This document shows, one piece after another, positions 51,230-63,534 of a DNA stretch of 64,000 nt (its first letter is position 1; each line of letters begins with the position of its first letter). The stretch is from an uncultured Chloroflexia bacterium. Lineage in GTDB: Bacteria; Chloroflexota; Limnocylindria; Limnocylindrales; CSP1-4. The position numbers were made by a program, and so were the translations under genes. The stretch lies in NCBI GenBank assembly GCA_963750125.1, contig CAVVPT010000010.1:16147-80146 (forward strand), in the 5' to 3' direction. The notes under the pieces are model-generated. The model was given only the letters and a program-made list of their open reading frames with translations. It did no database searches and was not told the DNA's origin.

Positions 51230-51976
51230 CTAGTCGCGACCGGCCGAACCGTCCCCTTCGTGGTCGAGCTCGTCGAGCACGCGCCGCTCCTCGGGGCTTG
51301 CCGGCCGGTCGACGAGGAGATCCGGGCGGCGCTCCAGTGTCCGGCGCAGCGACTCCTTGAGGCGCCAGCGGCGCACCGCGCCGTGATCGCCAGAGACCAG
51401 GATCGGCGGGACGTCCGCGCCGTCGAACGATGGCGGGCGGGTGTACTGCGGGTACTCGAGGAGGCCGTGGGTGAATGACTCCTCGGCGGTGGACGCTTCG
51501 TCGATGGCGCCCGGCAGCAGCCGGATGACCGAGTCGATGACGACGAGCGCCGCCAGCTCGCCGCCGGTCAGGACATAGTCGCCGATGGACAGCTCGAGAT
51601 CGACCATCGAGCGGATCCGCTCGTCGACACCCTCGTAGCGGGCGCACACCAGGAGCAGGTGCTCCCGGGCGGCGAGCTCGACGGCTCGCGACTGGCGGAA
51701 CACCTCACCGGCCGGGTCGAGCAGGATCGAGAGCGTGTCGGGACGGCGGAGTGCGGCGAGTGCCGCCGCGACGGGTTCCGGGCGGAGGACCATGCCCGCT
51801 CCCCCACCGTATGTCATGTCGTCGACCGTCCTGTGACGGCCGAGGCCCCAGTCCCGCAGGTCGTGGACCCGAACGGTGGCGAGACCCCGTTCCTGGATGC
51901 GGCCTGGGATGCTCCCCGCAAGCGGCCCTTCGACCATCGCCGGGAAGAGCGTGAGGATGTCGATCTCGAGGGCCAT
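51230..51976 (-). CDS. trmD: tRNA (guanine37-N1)-methyltransferase
   Basis: [19 protein letters not shown]...[21 protein letters not shown], a SPOUT-fold (trefoil-knot) methyltransferase. Confidence 0.9.
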   Translation of the reverse strand: MALEIDILTLFPAMVEGPLAGSIPGRIQERGLATVRVHDLRDWGLGRHRTVDDMTYGGGAGMVLRPEPVAAALAALRRPDTLSILLDPAGEVFRQSRAVELAAREHLLLVCARYEGVDERIRSMVDLELSIGDYVLTGGELAALVVIDSVIRLLPGAIDEASTAEESFTHGLLEYPQYTRPPSFDGADVPPILVSGDHGAVRRWRLKESLRRTLERRPDLLVDRPASPEERRVLDELDHEGDGSAGRD

Positions 51977-52575
51977 CAGGACGCTCCGTCCGTGGCCGGC
52001 TTTCCGCGGGCCATTCGGCGGTTGTTTCGACGGCGGGGAGCGCGCGCCCGCTCGTCCGGGGCTCCGCGGTCGGGCGGCATCTGGAGGTCGAGGGCCTCCG
52101 CGTCGACGACGATCTCGCCGCGGCGCGGGGCGAAGACGCGGATGAAGTCGCGGACCGCAGGGAGATCGAACGGCCCGACCGGGCCGCCGGCGACCTCGAA
52201 CACTTCGGTCTCGGCCACCCGATACACGTCGCGCACGGTCCCGAGCTCCGCGCCATCCACGCCCCGGACGGCGGACCCGACGACCTCGTGCCAGTAGTAC
52301 TCGCCGCGCGTGAGCTCGCGGGCGGGGTCGACGACCGCCTCGAGAAAGGTGGAGCGCAACGCGTCCGCTGCGTTCCGGTCAGGGATTTCGCGGAACCGCA
52401 CCCGCCAGCCGGGCCCGTCGGCGACCGGCTCGGCGGAGACGATGGTCAGTGGATCGTCGGCGCCCTCGCGGTGCAGCACCGAACCCGCGGCGAAGCGCTT
52501 CTCCGGATCGTCCGTCAGGACTTCGACGCGGACCGCTCCCCGGAGCCCGTGGACACCCCGCACGAGGGCGACCAC
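51976..52575 (-). CDS. rimM: Ribosome maturation factor RimM
   Basis: VRGVHGLRGAVRVEVLTDDPE.. plus PRC-barrel C-terminus. 1-nt overlap with trmD. Confidence 0.85.
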   Translation of the reverse strand: MVALVRGVHGLRGAVRVEVLTDDPEKRFAAGSVLHREGADDPLTIVSAEPVADGPGWRVRFREIPDRNAADALRSTFLEAVVDPARELTRGEYYWHEVVGSAVRGVDGAELGTVRDVYRVAETEVFEVAGGPVGPFDLPAVRDFIRVFAPRRGEIVVDAEALDLQMPPDRGAPDERARAPRRRNNRRMARGKPATDGAS

Positions 52576-52592
52576 GAGCCGTTGAGGCTCGC

Positions 52593-52826
52593 TCAGAGGA
52601 TCTCGAGCGAGACCGGCTCGCCGTCGCGGGCGGCCGTCACCTTGAGCAGGGTGCGCAGCGCCTTCGCGACGCTCCCGTTGCGGCCGATCACCTTGCCCAT
52701 GTCGTCTTCGGCGACGTGGAGCTCGATGATTGTCGTCCCGTCCTCGTGAACGACCTCAACCGTGACCGCATCAGGGTCGTCGACCAGCGACTTCGCGACG
52801 TATTCGACCAGTTCCTTCGCTGCCAT
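52593..52826 (-). CDS. khpA: KH-domain RNA-binding protein (KhpA/YlqC)
   Basis: 77 aa with a GxxG loop (VIGRNGSVAKAL), between rpsP and rimM. Confidence 0.8.
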   Translation of the reverse strand: MAAKELVEYVAKSLVDDPDAVTVEVVHEDGTTIIELHVAEDDMGKVIGRNGSVAKALRTLLKVTAARDGEPVSLEIL

Positions 52827-52837
52827 ATCGGTGACCC

Positions 52838-53092
52838 CTACTTGGACGCGGGCAGGATGCCCGCATTGCGGAAGAGCCGGGCGACGGTGTCGGACGGCTG
52901 GGCGCCCTTGGCGAGCCAGGCCTTGGCCTTGTCCTCATCGACCGCGAACTCGACGGGCTCGGTGCGCGGGTTGTAGTGGCCCAGCGTCTCGATCGAGCGC
53001 CCGTCACGCGCATTGCGCGAGTCGGACACGACGACGCGATACGACGGCTGCTTGGTCGCGCCGACGCGCGTCAACCTGATTCGAACTGCCAT
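52838..53092 (-). CDS. rpsP: 30S ribosomal protein S16
   Basis: [42 protein letters not shown]. Confidence 0.9.
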   Translation of the reverse strand: MAVRIRLTRVGATKQPSYRVVVSDSRNARDGRSIETLGHYNPRTEPVEFAVDEDKAKAWLAKGAQPSDTVARLFRNAGILPASK

Positions 53093-53112
53093 GGGTGATG
53101 CATCTCCTCCCG

Positions 53113-55002
53113 TTACTTGACCGTAATCAGGAACGTAGCCTTGTCGGGATTCGAACCGCCGATGACCGTCGACCCGACGAGCGCGTCGAACGGCTCGAGG
53201 AAGGGCTTGACCTCACGCTCGTACTTCTGGAGCATCTCCGGCGCGTCCGGGGCCACCTCCTCGAGCGCCAGCCGGATCGCCGCGACGTCCACGAAGAACT
53301 GCCCGGTGTTCTCGGTGCCGGTGCGCCCGAGCAGGCTCTCGAAGCGATCGCTCTGCGCGAGCGACGCGCCCGGTTCGGTGTCGAGCACGTGACGGACGAA
53401 ATCAGGGCCAAAGCCGATGACCACGAGATCGTCGGTCACCGTCCACGAAAGCTGCAGGTGCGCGTCGCGACCACCGAAGACGTCGAGGTCCTCGGCGCCG
53501 TATTCCGAGCCGGCCATTTTCAGCAGCGCGCCGAGCTCGCCGAAGTCGACGGTCGTGATCGTGGCGTCACCATGCTGCTCGTCGGTGACCGTCAGGCCCA
53601 GGCTCGCGCCACCGAGGCTGAGCGCGCCGCGGATCGTCAGGAAGAGGTTCTCGGCTTTCGTTGCATCGGTGGGCTGGATCAGGATCCCGCCTTCGAGGCC
53701 CTCGCCGGGGTCGTTGACCACGACCGCGACGTCGCCGATCCAGCCGACGAGGCCTTCGACACCGCCGAACATGCCGACGACCTGGTTCAGCTGCTGGGTC
53801 GCCTCCTCGGGGATCTCAACACCGTCGTACAGGCCGAGCATGTCGGTGATGACCTTGCCGTAGTCGTGGGTCTCGCCGTAGACGATGGTGGTGCCGGGTG
53901 CGCGGGAGGCCAGGGTGGACGCCCGGTTCTCGGTCACGCCGAGGCGCTGCTTCGGCGGCGCCGACGTCACCTGGAACGACAGCGCGTCGCCCTCCACGCG
54001 GGTCCACAACGCGCCCCATGCGGGCAGGGTGTCGCGGAAGGTCTCAGCGACCGCAGCGGCCGGCATCGCGCCGATCTCGACATTGCCGTTGTTCTCGGCC
54101 AGGCCCATCGCCCAGTCCCAGTAGGCCGCGAAGTCGTAGTAGACGAAGCCGATGTGGTCGCCGTTCCCGCTGTTGAGCGCCGCGGAGAAGGAAGGATCGT
54201 CGGTGAGTGGGCTAGCGCCCTTCGTGTCGAGGACTTCCTTGACGGCGCCCACCTCGCCCAGCACCGCGACGTCGCCCGTCATCGCGTACCCGTACTCTTC
54301 GTTGCGCGTACCTTCCGGGGCGGGAACCGTTGTGATCGTGACGCCGTCGTAGTCCTGGGTTGTCGAGTTCGCGTCGCTGACCGCGCCGTCGAACCAGGCC
54401 CGGGCGAGCTCGACGTCCTTGACCGACAGGAGCACGACGGCGCTGCCGGTATCGAACGACTCGGCGTCTGGGGCCGCGCCGGGGTTCGGCAGGTCGCTCG
54501 CAACGAAGCCGACCTCGCCGTCGAACCACGGCTCGATGTCCGCGGTGTACGACTGGTCGCCATTCGTGGCCGAGGTGAGGAACTGGTCGAGCGCCTCGTC
54601 GAGCTTGGTGTCGATGGCCGCCTGGTCGTCGAAGCCCGGGAAGTGCGACAGGAACTCGGCGAGGTTGTCGTGCTGGTCGCCGGGCAGGTCGAGTCGGAAC
54701 TCGCCGTAAATGATCAAATCGGCTGGCGCCCAGGCGAGGATCTTGGCGTTCGGGGCGCGGCCCGCCAGCAGGGCGGCGGCCACCCCCGACACGACAACGA
54801 CGATCGCCACCACCGCAAGCGCGGCGGCCCACCGGACGCGGCTCGGCCGGCCCTTGGTTGGCGGCGGGACCGCGGGTGCGGTGGGCGCCGGGCTTGTGAC
54901 GCCGTTCTCGTAGGGAGCGGCCGGCGGCGTCGCTGGAGCGCGGTAGGCCTCGGTCGGCAAATCAGCGCCGAGCAGCGGTTCGTTTGGATCCCGGTACGTC
55001 AC
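53113..55002 (-). CDS. Pro-rich, membrane-anchored extracytoplasmic protein (possibly DUF3352 family)
   Basis: N-terminal Pro-rich stretch then TM anchor ([22 protein letters not shown]). ~550-aa acidic extracytoplasmic domain. RBS + GTG at 55002 avoids overlap with ffh. Confidence 0.5.
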   Translation of the reverse strand: MTYRDPNEPLLGADLPTEAYRAPATPPAAPYENGVTSPAPTAPAVPPPTKGRPSRVRWAAALAVVAIVVVVSGVAAALLAGRAPNAKILAWAPADLIIYGEFRLDLPGDQHDNLAEFLSHFPGFDDQAAIDTKLDEALDQFLTSATNGDQSYTADIEPWFDGEVGFVASDLPNPGAAPDAESFDTGSAVVLLSVKDVELARAWFDGAVSDANSTTQDYDGVTITTVPAPEGTRNEEYGYAMTGDVAVLGEVGAVKEVLDTKGASPLTDDPSFSAALNSGNGDHIGFVYYDFAAYWDWAMGLAENNGNVEIGAMPAAAVAETFRDTLPAWGALWTRVEGDALSFQVTSAPPKQRLGVTENRASTLASRAPGTTIVYGETHDYGKVITDMLGLYDGVEIPEEATQQLNQVVGMFGGVEGLVGWIGDVAVVVNDPGEGLEGGILIQPTDATKAENLFLTIRGALSLGGASLGLTVTDEQHGDATITTVDFGELGALLKMAGSEYGAEDLDVFGGRDAHLQLSWTVTDDLVVIGFGPDFVRHVLDTEPGASLAQSDRFESLLGRTGTENTGQFFVDVAAIRLALEEVAPDAPEMLQKYEREVKPFLEPFDALVGSTVIGGSNPDKATFLITVK

Positions 55003-55021
55003 CTCGTGGCCCCTTCCATGG

Positions 55022-56356
55022 TTAGCGCGGTCCCAGCAGGCCGCCGAGCGCGGCGCGACGACCGCCACTCCCCGCCAGCTGCTTCATGAGCTTCTGCATT
55101 TCGGCGAACTGCTTGATGAGACGGTTCACGTCGGGGAGTGTGGTCCCCGAGCCTGCAGCAATTCGACGGCGGCGCGAGCCGTTGAGGATGTGCGGATCAC
55201 GCCGTTCGGCCGGCGTCATCGCGCGGATGATCGCCTCGACCCGCTTGAGGTCGCCCCGGTCCACCGCGGCCTGCGCCTCGTTCGCCATTCCGCCCATTCC
55301 CGGGATCATCCCCATGATCTGGCCAAGCGGCCCCATCTTCTGGACCTGCTGGAGCTGATCGAGGAAGTCCTCGAGCGTGAAGGTGGCCCTGCGAAGCTTT
55401 TCCTCCATCTTCGCTGCCTGTTCCTGGTCAACGTGCTCCTGGGCGCGCTCGACGAGCGTGAGGACGTCGCCCATCCCGAGGATCCGGCCGGCGAGGCGAT
55501 CGGGGTGAAACACCTCGAGGGCATCCGTCTTCTCGCCGGTACCCATGAACTTCACCGGCACGCCTGTCACCGCGGTGATCGACAGCGCGGCACCGCCACG
55601 GGCATCGCCGTCGATCTTGGTCAGGACCAGGCCGGTCACCGGCACTGCGGCGGCGAATGCCTGTGCGACGGCGACGGCCTCCTGACCGGTCATCGCATCG
55701 ACGACAAGCAGCGTCTCGACCGGCTTGACCGCTTCGTTGACGGCCGAGATTTCGGCCATCAGCGCTTCGTCGACCGTGAGGCGGCCGGCGGTGTCGAGGA
55801 TCACGACGTCACGTACCTGGCGCTTCGCGGCCTCGACGCCTCCGCGGGCGATGTCGACGACCGCGGTGCCAACCGGTGCGCGATAGACCGGGACTTCGAG
55901 CTGGCGACCGAGCGTCTCGAGCTGGTCGGCGGCAGCCGGCCGGTACGGGTCCGCGGCCACGAGCAGCGGGCGACGACCCTGCTTGATCACGTGCCTGGCC
56001 AGCTTGGCCGTCGAGGTGGTCTTGCCCGAGCCCTGCAGACCGACCATCGCCACGACCGCGGGGTTGCCGGTGAGGTGGAATACCCGGTCCCCGGCCGACA
56101 GGAGCTCGACGAGCTCATCGTGGACGATCTTCACGACCTGCTGGCCGGCGGTGATGCTCTCGAGCACCTCGGCACCGACCGCGCGTTCCCGAACGCGCGC
56201 CACGAAGTCCTTGACGACCTTGAAGTTGACGTCCGCCTCAAGGAGCGACAGGCGGATCTCGCGCATGGCGGCGTCGACGTCGGCCTCGCTGATCCGGCCG
56301 CGACCGGTCAGGCCATCGAGTGTCTTGCGCAGTCGCTCGCTGAGCGTGTCGAACAT
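55022..56356 (-). CDS. ffh: Signal recognition particle protein Ffh
   Basis: ATG at 56356 (MFDTLSERLRKTL). G domain GLQGSGKTTS..DTAGR..TKIDGDARGG. Met-rich M domain. Confidence 0.9.
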   Translation of the reverse strand: MFDTLSERLRKTLDGLTGRGRISEADVDAAMREIRLSLLEADVNFKVVKDFVARVRERAVGAEVLESITAGQQVVKIVHDELVELLSAGDRVFHLTGNPAVVAMVGLQGSGKTTSTAKLARHVIKQGRRPLLVAADPYRPAAADQLETLGRQLEVPVYRAPVGTAVVDIARGGVEAAKRQVRDVVILDTAGRLTVDEALMAEISAVNEAVKPVETLLVVDAMTGQEAVAVAQAFAAAVPVTGLVLTKIDGDARGGAALSITAVTGVPVKFMGTGEKTDALEVFHPDRLAGRILGMGDVLTLVERAQEHVDQEQAAKMEEKLRRATFTLEDFLDQLQQVQKMGPLGQIMGMIPGMGGMANEAQAAVDRGDLKRVEAIIRAMTPAERRDPHILNGSRRRRIAAGSGTTLPDVNRLIKQFAEMQKLMKQLAGSGGRRAALGGLLGPR

Positions 56357-56500
56357 GGTCGGGTGCGGAGCTCCGTGACTGGATGAACCTGACCGACACC
56401 TGGCCGGCCCGGGTGGTGCGCGAGTTCTGACGCACCGAGGCAGGCGGAGTGTAGCGCAGGCCCGTCTGCGACGCGACCGGCCGGTTAGGCTTGCGAGCCC

Positions 56501-57811
56501 GTGCGCAACCCGTTCGCAGCCCCACTCTGGCAGAACAGCGCGTTCGTCCGGGTGTGGTCGGCGGCGACGATCTCGATCTTCGGATCGCTGATCACCCGGA
56601 TGGCGCTCCCGTTCGTGGCGATCCTCGTGCTCGGCGCCGGGGCGTTCGAGGTGGCGCTCGTACGCTCCATCGACCTCCTCGCCGCGCTGATGTTCGGGCT
56701 GATCGTGGGCGCCTGGGTCGATCGGCTGCGGCGTCGTCCGGTGATGGTCTGGGCGGACCTCGGTCGGGCGGTGCTGCTCGTGACGATCCCGATCGCGGCC
56801 ATCGGCGGATGGTTGACCCTCGCCCACCTGCTACTCGTCACATTCGTGGTCGCAATCCTCAGCACGTTCTTCGACGCCGCCGACAACGCATACCTCCCGT
56901 CGATCGTCCGGCGCGACGAGCTCGTGCGCGCGAACGGCGCGCTCGCGGCATCGGGCTCTGCCGCCGAGTTCACGGCTTTCGGGATCAGCGGCTTCCTCGT
57001 CCAGCTGCTGAGCGCCCCGATCACGATCTTCATCGACGCCATCTCGTTCGTCGTCTCGGCCCTGCTGCTCGGTTCTATCCGGCGGCGGGAACCGCCGCCA
57101 CCGCCCAAAGCGGACCGCGAGCCGGTCCTCAGCGAGATACGCGAGGGTCTGGCGATCATCGCGCGCGACCCGATCATCCGGGCATTCACGCTTGCCGAGA
57201 TGGCCATGTCTACGCTGTGGGGCGTCTTCGGTGCTATCTGGATCCTGTTCGCCGTTGATGAGCTCGGACTCGGCGCCGCTGCGATCGGGGTCATCGCCGG
57301 CTTCGGTGGCCTGAGCTCGCTCGTCGGGGCGATGATCGCCGAGCGTGTCACGCGGCGTCTCGGCGTCGGGCGGGCCGCCATCGCGTCGATGCTCGTGGCG
57401 TCGGTCGGGTTCGCCCTCATCCCGCTCGCGCCCGCCGGCCTCCCACTCATTGCCTTTGGATTTCTCGTTGGCCAGCAGCTCATCGGCGACGGGGCGGTCA
57501 CACTGTTCGACGTCGCGGAGACCTCGGTTCGCCAGGCGCGCGTCCACGATCGCGCGCTCGGGCGTGTGGCCGCGACCGTCCAGGTCGGATCGGGCGGCGC
57601 CCAGCTGGCGGCGACCCTTGCTGCGGGATTGTTGGCCGAGGTCATCGGCCTCCGAGCGACGGCAATCCTTGCGCCCCTGGGAACGCTCGTGGCCGCCGGC
57701 ATCCTCGTCGCGTCACCGGTCCGCCGCCTGCGCGAGTTGCCGACGACGGACGGCCGCTCGCCAGCCGAAGTGGTCGTCGACGTGGAGCGTGATCAGCCGG
57801 TCGGCGCGTAG
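56501..57811 (+). CDS. MFS transporter (EntS/enterobactin-exporter-like)
   Basis: 12 predicted TM helices and an MFS motif (GAWVDRLRRRPVM). Its 3' end overlaps the 3' end of ftsY by ~19 nt. Confidence 0.8.
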   Translation: MRNPFAAPLWQNSAFVRVWSAATISIFGSLITRMALPFVAILVLGAGAFEVALVRSIDLLAALMFGLIVGAWVDRLRRRPVMVWADLGRAVLLVTIPIAAIGGWLTLAHLLLVTFVVAILSTFFDAADNAYLPSIVRRDELVRANGALAASGSAAEFTAFGISGFLVQLLSAPITIFIDAISFVVSALLLGSIRRREPPPPPKADREPVLSEIREGLAIIARDPIIRAFTLAEMAMSTLWGVFGAIWILFAVDELGLGAAAIGVIAGFGGLSSLVGAMIAERVTRRLGVGRAAIASMLVASVGFALIPLAPAGLPLIAFGFLVGQQLIGDGAVTLFDVAETSVRQARVHDRALGRVAATVQVGSGGAQLAATLAAGLLAEVIGLRATAILAPLGTLVAAGILVASPVRRLRELPTTDGRSPAEVVVDVERDQPVGA

Positions 57812-59031
57812 GGTTCCGCGAACAGGGCGTCGACGAACGCGTCGGGATCGAACGGCAGGAGGTCGCCGACCTGCTCACCCACACCGACGAATCGGACGGG
57901 CACGTCGAGGGCGTCCTCGATCGCGAACACGATGCCGCCCTTCGCCGTCGAGTCGAGCTTGGTGAGGACGATCCCCGTCAGGCCGACCGCCTCGTGGAAT
58001 GCACGTGCCTGCGCGAGACCGTTCTGGCCGGTTGTGGCGTCCAGGACGAATAGCGTCTCGGCCTCGGCGCCGGGCAGGCGCTTGTCCACGATCCGTCGGA
58101 TCTTTGAGAGCTCGTCCATCAAGTTGGACTTGGTATGGAGCCGGCCCGCGGTATCCGCGATGACGAGATCGGCATTTCGGGCGACGGCCGCGTCGAGGGC
58201 GTCGTACACGACGGCGCCAGGGTCAGCTCCCGGGGCGTGGGCCACGACCGGCACACCGGCGCGCTCGGCCCAGATCTGGAGCTGGTCGATGGCCGCCGCA
58301 CGGAACGTGTCGGCAGCGGCCAGGATCACCGAGCGGCCCTCCCCCGCGTAGCGGGTTGCGAGCTTTCCGATCGTCGTCGTCTTGCCGGTGCCGTTGACCC
58401 CGACGACGAGAACGACCGCCGGCTGGCCTTCGCCCGCCGGACGCGGTTCCCATGCGACGTCCCGCGCCACGAGGAGCGCGCCGAGCTGCTCCCGTACCGC
58501 GGCTTCCGTGCCTTCCGGGTGCCGTGCCGCGCGAGCCTTCTCGACCACGTCCATGGCGAGGGCCGCGCCGACGTCGCCCGCGATCAGCGTCTCCTCGACG
58601 TCGTCCCACGAGGTGTCGCCATCCTCGCCGATCGCCTCCCGAAGTCGGGTCATGAACCCGCCGCGGGACCGGGCCAGGCCGGCGTCGAGCCGTTCGCGAT
58701 CCGCGGGGGCGGCGGCCATGCTGGACGCCGACCAGCCGGGCTGGGCGAACGGCGAGGCGGGGGCGGTCGGGGGTGCCGAAGTGGGCTTCACGGCGGCGTC
58801 TGCCTGAGGTACCGGAGCAGGTTCTGCCAGCGGTTCGGGCTCGGGCTCCGGTTCGACCTCGGGATCGACGTCCGCATCGATCGGTGCCTCGTCTGCCGGG
58901 GTAACCGGATCCTCCGCCTCGGTCTCCGGCGGCCGCGCGACCGTTTCCGGTGGCACGGACAGGTCGACGGTCGGCTCGAGGTCGAGGTCGGCAACCTCGG
59001 TCTCGGCTTGCTTGCGGCGGCGCCAGAACAA
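57793..59031 (-). CDS. ftsY: Signal recognition particle receptor FtsY
   Basis: Acidic EPEPEP N-terminus. NG domain [25 protein letters not shown]. Confidence 0.9.
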   Translation of the reverse strand: MFWRRRKQAETEVADLDLEPTVDLSVPPETVARPPETEAEDPVTPADEAPIDADVDPEVEPEPEPEPLAEPAPVPQADAAVKPTSAPPTAPASPFAQPGWSASSMAAAPADRERLDAGLARSRGGFMTRLREAIGEDGDTSWDDVEETLIAGDVGAALAMDVVEKARAARHPEGTEAAVREQLGALLVARDVAWEPRPAGEGQPAVVLVVGVNGTGKTTTIGKLATRYAGEGRSVILAAADTFRAAAIDQLQIWAERAGVPVVAHAPGADPGAVVYDALDAAVARNADLVIADTAGRLHTKSNLMDELSKIRRIVDKRLPGAEAETLFVLDATTGQNGLAQARAFHEAVGLTGIVLTKLDSTAKGGIVFAIEDALDVPVRFVGVGEQVGDLLPFDPDAFVDALFAEPYAPTG

Positions 59032-59050
59032 CGGGCGGGCTCCTGTCGGG

Positions 59051-62000
59051 TCAGCCCGCCGGCGCGAGCTCCTCGCGTCGGTCGGCGAGGGCCTGGGCCT
59101 CGTCGAGCCGGAGGCTGATCACGCGGCTTACCGAGTCGTCGCCGACGGTCACGCCATACAGCGCGTCGGCGGCCTCGATCGTGCCGCGGTTGTGGGTGAT
59201 GACGATGAACTGGGTCTGGTGGGCCAGGCTCCGCACAGCATCGGCGAAACGACCGATGTTCGCTTCGTCAAGCGCGGCGTCGACCTCGTCGAGCACGCAG
59301 AACGGCACCGGGCGGACTTCGAGCATCGCCAGCAGCAGCGCGACCGCGGTCAGTGCGCGCTCCCCGCCCGAGAGCATCGCCAGAGCCTGAGTCTTCTTGC
59401 CCGGCGGCCGCGCGACAATGTCCACGCCGGTCGCGCTCAAGTCGCCCGGGTCGGTCAGGGCCAGTGTGGCGTGGCCGCCGCCGAACAGCTGCTGGAAGCG
59501 GGCGCCGAACGCGGTCTCGAGCGCGGCGAACGTGCGCCGGAACTGGTCCGCGATCATCGTGTTCAGCTCGTCGATCAAGCTGCGCGTTCCGGCGATCGCC
59601 GCCTGCAGGTCGGCCGTCTGACCCTCGAGCAGCTCAAGGCGGGCCTTGACCTCGGCGTACTCCTCGACCGCGAACGGGTTGACGGCGCCCAGCTCGTGGA
59701 ACCGCCGACGCAGCGTCGAAAGGCGGCCCGGGGAGGGAGGCTCGCCCGTGGGGGCCGCGGCCGACCATGGGCCGGCGACCATGTCGAGCGCGGCCGCGAG
59801 GGCGTCGATCTCGACGTCCTCGTCGGGTTCGCCGTCGTCCGCGCCTGGCTCGTCGATCCGTGCCTCGGTTTGCGGCGGCTCGCTGTCCTCGATGCCAGCC
59901 TCCTCGCGCAGCCGGGCGAGCCCCAACGCGCCGAGTCCGGCCAGCTCGACGAGAAGCTGCTCCCGCAGCGCGTCCAGGGCCAGACGCGCCTCGAGCCGAG
60001 CGTGGTCTGCGTTGCGTAATCGCTCGTCGGCGGCGCGCAACCGCTCGCGGGCGCCGGTCGCGGCACGCTCGGCGGCGGACAGCCGCTCGCGGTCGGCCGC
60101 GTCCGCGGCGCGGACCTCTTCGACTGCCGTCCGCGCGGTCTGCTCCCGGGAGGCCGCAGTCGCGAGCTCCGTCCGGACCCGCTCGCGTTCGCTCTCGAGC
60201 GCCTGCTCCCGTTCGGCGAGCGCGACCGTTTCGCGGTCCACGCGAGCGATTCGCTCCTCGTCCATGGCAAGTGACGCCTCGGCTCGCGCATGCTGGCCAT
60301 CGGCCTCACGCCGCTCCGCGTCGTGGGTGGCGACCTGTGCAGCCAAGCGGTCACGCCGCGACCGCAGTTCGGCGATGCGTGCCTCCCACGCTGCGACGGC
60401 AGCCCCGTCGGTCGCCCTGTCGCCATCGGCGACGCCGGCTGTTGCTTCGCCCGAGGTTCCCGCACCCGCTGTCCCGTCGAGAACCGCCAGCGCAGCGCGA
60501 GCCCTGGCGGCCTCCGCCTCCAGTCGTTCGGCCTGCGCCTCGTGCCAGCCGCGCTCGCGGAGGTTCGCTTCGTGCTCCCGAACGGCGATCCGCTCGGCGT
60601 CTTCGGCCCGTCTCCGCGCAGCGGCAGCTTCAGCCTCCTCGTCGCGCCGGCGTTCAGCCTCCTCCCGGGCGGACGTCGCGGTTTTCGCCGCCGCGGCGGC
60701 AGCCGACCGGAGCGCTTCGACCTCGGCCTCGAGGCGGGCGACATCCGCCGTCAGCCGCTCGGTCTCTGCGCGCCGTTCCAGGAGACCCTCCGCGGCGCCG
60801 AGCTGCACGGTCCGATCCGTGACGACGGCCGCGCCGTCACGCGGCACGGCAACCCAGCCCGGCGGCAGGTCCCGTTGAACTGCGAGACAGTCATCCAGGT
60901 CAGTCAGCCAGACGGCCCGGCCTAGCAGGCGGCGGGCGGCCCCGTGTCCGTCACGGCGAACCGCCTCGGCGAGGATGCCCCCGCCGCGCTCGATCACCCG
61001 TTCACGGATGGTCGCGTCGGCAAGCGCGCCCGCCTGGCGGCGGGCCCCAGCCTCGTCCGTCCGGTCGGTGACGACAATCCCGCGCTCGGTGGCAAGGCCC
61101 GGGACGGCCGAAGGGTCGACGAGATATCCCCGCGCCGCCTCGCCCAACGCCGCCTCGACCGCGGCCCGGAGCCCCGGATCAACGACGAGATCCTCATCGA
61201 GCCGCCGGCCACCCACGCGTCGCGCGGCCTTGGCGATGCCCCGAGCCTCTTCATCGGCCTGGCGCGCGAGCAGCGCGTCGAGCCGGCCCCGGAGTTCCGC
61301 CACGGCACTCGCCGCGGCGACGCTCCGTTCGGCAGCGGCCCTGCTGGTTCCGTCAGCCTCGTCTGCTCCGGCCCGAGCCCCCTCGCGGGCGACCGCTGCC
61401 CGCCGTTCGGCGCCCATGGCCTCGACGAGCGCCTTCTGCGCGGCTTCCAAAGTCGCTTCGACCGTGGCCTGCTGCTCGCCAGCCGAGTCGACCTGGACCG
61501 CGGCCTCGGTCGCACGTCGCTCGACGTCGGCCAGTCGCCTCCGCGCCGTCTCGAGCTCGGCCTGGCGGACCGCTTCAGCCCGCCGAACGGCAGCGAGATC
61601 CTCGCCCCGCGCCCGGTGCTCCGCGCGGAGCGTCGCCAGCTCGGCCAGCGCATCGGATAGCGCGCGTTCGGCCTCGCTGAGCTCGCCGTCGAGGTCCACG
61701 TCACGCGCGACGATCGGCCGTGACAGCGCCCGCCGCTGTATCACGAGGCTCGCCTCCGCGACGGCACGTTCGTCGTGCAATCGACCGCGGTCGCGCGTGA
61801 TGCCATCGAGATCCGCCGCCGCTCGCTCTTCGCGCAGGCGGAGAGCCGTGACCGCGGCCTGGGCCGCGTCGAGCGTCACCCGCCGCTCGGTCTCGACGAC
61901 CGATCGCGCACCGAGCTCCGCTGCCAGCCCGGAGGCGGCCTCCTCCGCCGTTTGGAGCTCCTGCATCGCGGCGTCCGCTTCGGCCTGTGCTTTCGCACGG

Positions 62001-62770
62001 CGGTCGGCGGCTTCGCCGGCTCGGGCGCTGGCCTCGAACCACCGGGCATGTGCCGCCAACAGCAGCGCGGCGGACAGGTCGTCTGCCGCGCTGACACGCG
62101 TGGCCTGTTGCTCGGCCTGGGCCGCGAGCCGCCGCGCCTGCGGGCGGAGCTCAGCGACGATGTCCTCGACGCGGGCAAGGTTCGCCTCCGATTCGGCCAG
62201 CTGCTCCTCCGCTTTCCGTCGCCGTCGCTCATGGCGCCGGACCCCGGCGACCTCCTCGAAGAGGGGACGCCGCTCCTCGGGTCGCAAGGCGAGGGCCTGG
62301 TCGACCATGCCCTGGCCGATGAACAGGAAGGCGTTGTCGGCGAGGTGCGCTCCGTCGAGCAGGTCCACGAGGTCCCGCAGACGGACCCGCTGCTTGTTCA
62401 GCAGGTAGTCGTTCTCACCGGAGCGGTACAGCCGGCGGCCCAGCTCGAGCACCTGGTAGTCGACCGGAAGCAGCCCGTCCGCGTTGTCGAGCAGGATGGT
62501 CACGTCCGCCATACCCTGCGCGGCCCGCCGCTCCGAGCCGGCCCAGATGACGTCCTCGGCTTTGCGCGAGCGAAGGGCCCGGCCCTGCTCGCCGAGCGCC
62601 CAGCGGAGCGCGTCGGCCAGGTTCGACTTGCCCGAGCCATTCGGACCGACGACCGCGCTGATGCCGGCGCCAAATTCGACGACCGTCCGTTCGGCGAACG
62701 ACTTGAAGCCGTGCAGGCGGAGTGCGAGCAGCCGGGCGGGTGCCGGGCCGTCCATCGGATCGATGGTCAT
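59051..62770 (-). CDS. smc: Chromosome segregation protein SMC
   Basis: ATG at 62770 ([26 protein letters not shown]). Long coiled coils. Hinge domain. C-terminal [17 protein letters not shown] overlap with the rnc stop. Confidence 0.9.
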   Translation of the reverse strand: MTIDPMDGPAPARLLALRLHGFKSFAERTVVEFGAGISAVVGPNGSGKSNLADALRWALGEQGRALRSRKAEDVIWAGSERRAAQGMADVTILLDNADGLLPVDYQVLELGRRLYRSGENDYLLNKQRVRLRDLVDLLDGAHLADNAFLFIGQGMVDQALALRPEERRPLFEEVAGVRRHERRRRKAEEQLAESEANLARVEDIVAELRPQARRLAAQAEQQATRVSAADDLSAALLLAAHARWFEASARAGEAADRRAKAQAEADAAMQELQTAEEAASGLAAELGARSVVETERRVTLDAAQAAVTALRLREERAAADLDGITRDRGRLHDERAVAEASLVIQRRALSRPIVARDVDLDGELSEAERALSDALAELATLRAEHRARGEDLAAVRRAEAVRQAELETARRRLADVERRATEAAVQVDSAGEQQATVEATLEAAQKALVEAMGAERRAAVAREGARAGADEADGTSRAAAERSVAAASAVAELRGRLDALLARQADEEARGIAKAARRVGGRRLDEDLVVDPGLRAAVEAALGEAARGYLVDPSAVPGLATERGIVVTDRTDEAGARRQAGALADATIRERVIERGGGILAEAVRRDGHGAARRLLGRAVWLTDLDDCLAVQRDLPPGWVAVPRDGAAVVTDRTVQLGAAEGLLERRAETERLTADVARLEAEVEALRSAAAAAAKTATSAREEAERRRDEEAEAAAARRRAEDAERIAVREHEANLRERGWHEAQAERLEAEAARARAALAVLDGTAGAGTSGEATAGVADGDRATDGAAVAAWEARIAELRSRRDRLAAQVATHDAERREADGQHARAEASLAMDEERIARVDRETVALAEREQALESERERVRTELATAASREQTARTAVEEVRAADAADRERLSAAERAATGARERLRAADERLRNADHARLEARLALDALREQLLVELAGLGALGLARLREEAGIEDSEPPQTEARIDEPGADDGEPDEDVEIDALAAALDMVAGPWSAAAPTGEPPSPGRLSTLRRRFHELGAVNPFAVEEYAEVKARLELLEGQTADLQAAIAGTRSLIDELNTMIADQFRRTFAALETAFGARFQQLFGGGHATLALTDPGDLSATGVDIVARPPGKKTQALAMLSGGERALTAVALLLAMLEVRPVPFCVLDEVDAALDEANIGRFADAVRSLAHQTQFIVITHNRGTIEAADALYGVTVGDDSVSRVISLRLDEAQALADRREELAPAG

Positions 62771-63516
62771 GAGTGCGTCGTCCGCGGCGCGCGCTCGACG
62801 ACGGCCGTGGCCGTGCCGCCGGCGCGGTCCTTCCAGAGCCGATCGAGTGCCTCCGACGCCGCCGCGGTCTCGGCCACGCGTCGTGACGGCCCCTCGCCTG
62901 CGCCGAGCACCTCGCCCTCGACCCAGACTTCGACCCGGAACACGCGCTCGTGATCCGGCCCGACCATGTCGAGCACCCGGTAGTCGGGCCGCGACCCGGT
63001 TCGCCGCTGCGTGTACTCCTGGAGGCGGCTCTTGGGGCTCTTGAGGGCCGCCGGCGGCCCGTCGGACAGGAGTTCGGGAGACGCGATTGACGTCAGCCAG
63101 TCGCGGACGGGCGCCCAACCGAGGTCGAGATAGAGCGCTCCGACGAGCGCCTCGAACGACGACGCGAGCAGCGAGGGCCGGCGGCGCCCGCCGCGCTGCG
63201 ATTCACCCTCGCCGAGCAGCAGCAGCTCGCCGAGGTCGATGCGCGACGCAAGGCGGGCGAGTCCAGGGGTCGAGACGATGGCCGCCCGGCGGGCGGAGAG
63301 GACGCCCTCGTCGTCACGGGGATGGCGGGCGTAGAGCGCCTCGGAGATGGCGAGGCTGACGACGACGTCGCCGAGGAACTCGAGCCGCTCGTTGTGGCCG
63401 CGGGTTACCTCGCGGTGCTCGTGCAGCCAACTCGAATGCGTCAGCGCCTGCTCGAGCAGGTCGAGGTCGCCGACGGGAAGGGCGAGCCGCGTCGCGAGCG
63501 TCCGTGCCTGGTCCAC
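62767..63516 (-). CDS. rnc: Ribonuclease III
   Basis: [14 protein letters not shown] (catalytic signature) plus C-terminal dsRBD. Confidence 0.9.
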   Translation of the reverse strand: MDQARTLATRLALPVGDLDLLEQALTHSSWLHEHREVTRGHNERLEFLGDVVVSLAISEALYARHPRDDEGVLSARRAAIVSTPGLARLASRIDLGELLLLGEGESQRGGRRRPSLLASSFEALVGALYLDLGWAPVRDWLTSIASPELLSDGPPAALKSPKSRLQEYTQRRTGSRPDYRVLDMVGPDHERVFRVEVWVEGEVLGAGEGPSRRVAETAAASEALDRLWKDRAGGTATAVVERAPRTTHS

Positions 63517-63534
63517 GACTCCTGTGCCGGCCGG

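Noticed and set aside
53095-55089. 664-aa + strand ORF
   Set aside because: It is antisense to the Pro-rich anchored protein gene, with an Arg/Asp/Gly-rich translation and no motifs.
59646-62408. 410-477-aa + strand ORFs (59646..60878, 60975..62408)
   Set aside because: They are antisense to smc. The Ser/Ala/Arg-rich translations are typical of the reverse strand of a coiled-coil gene.
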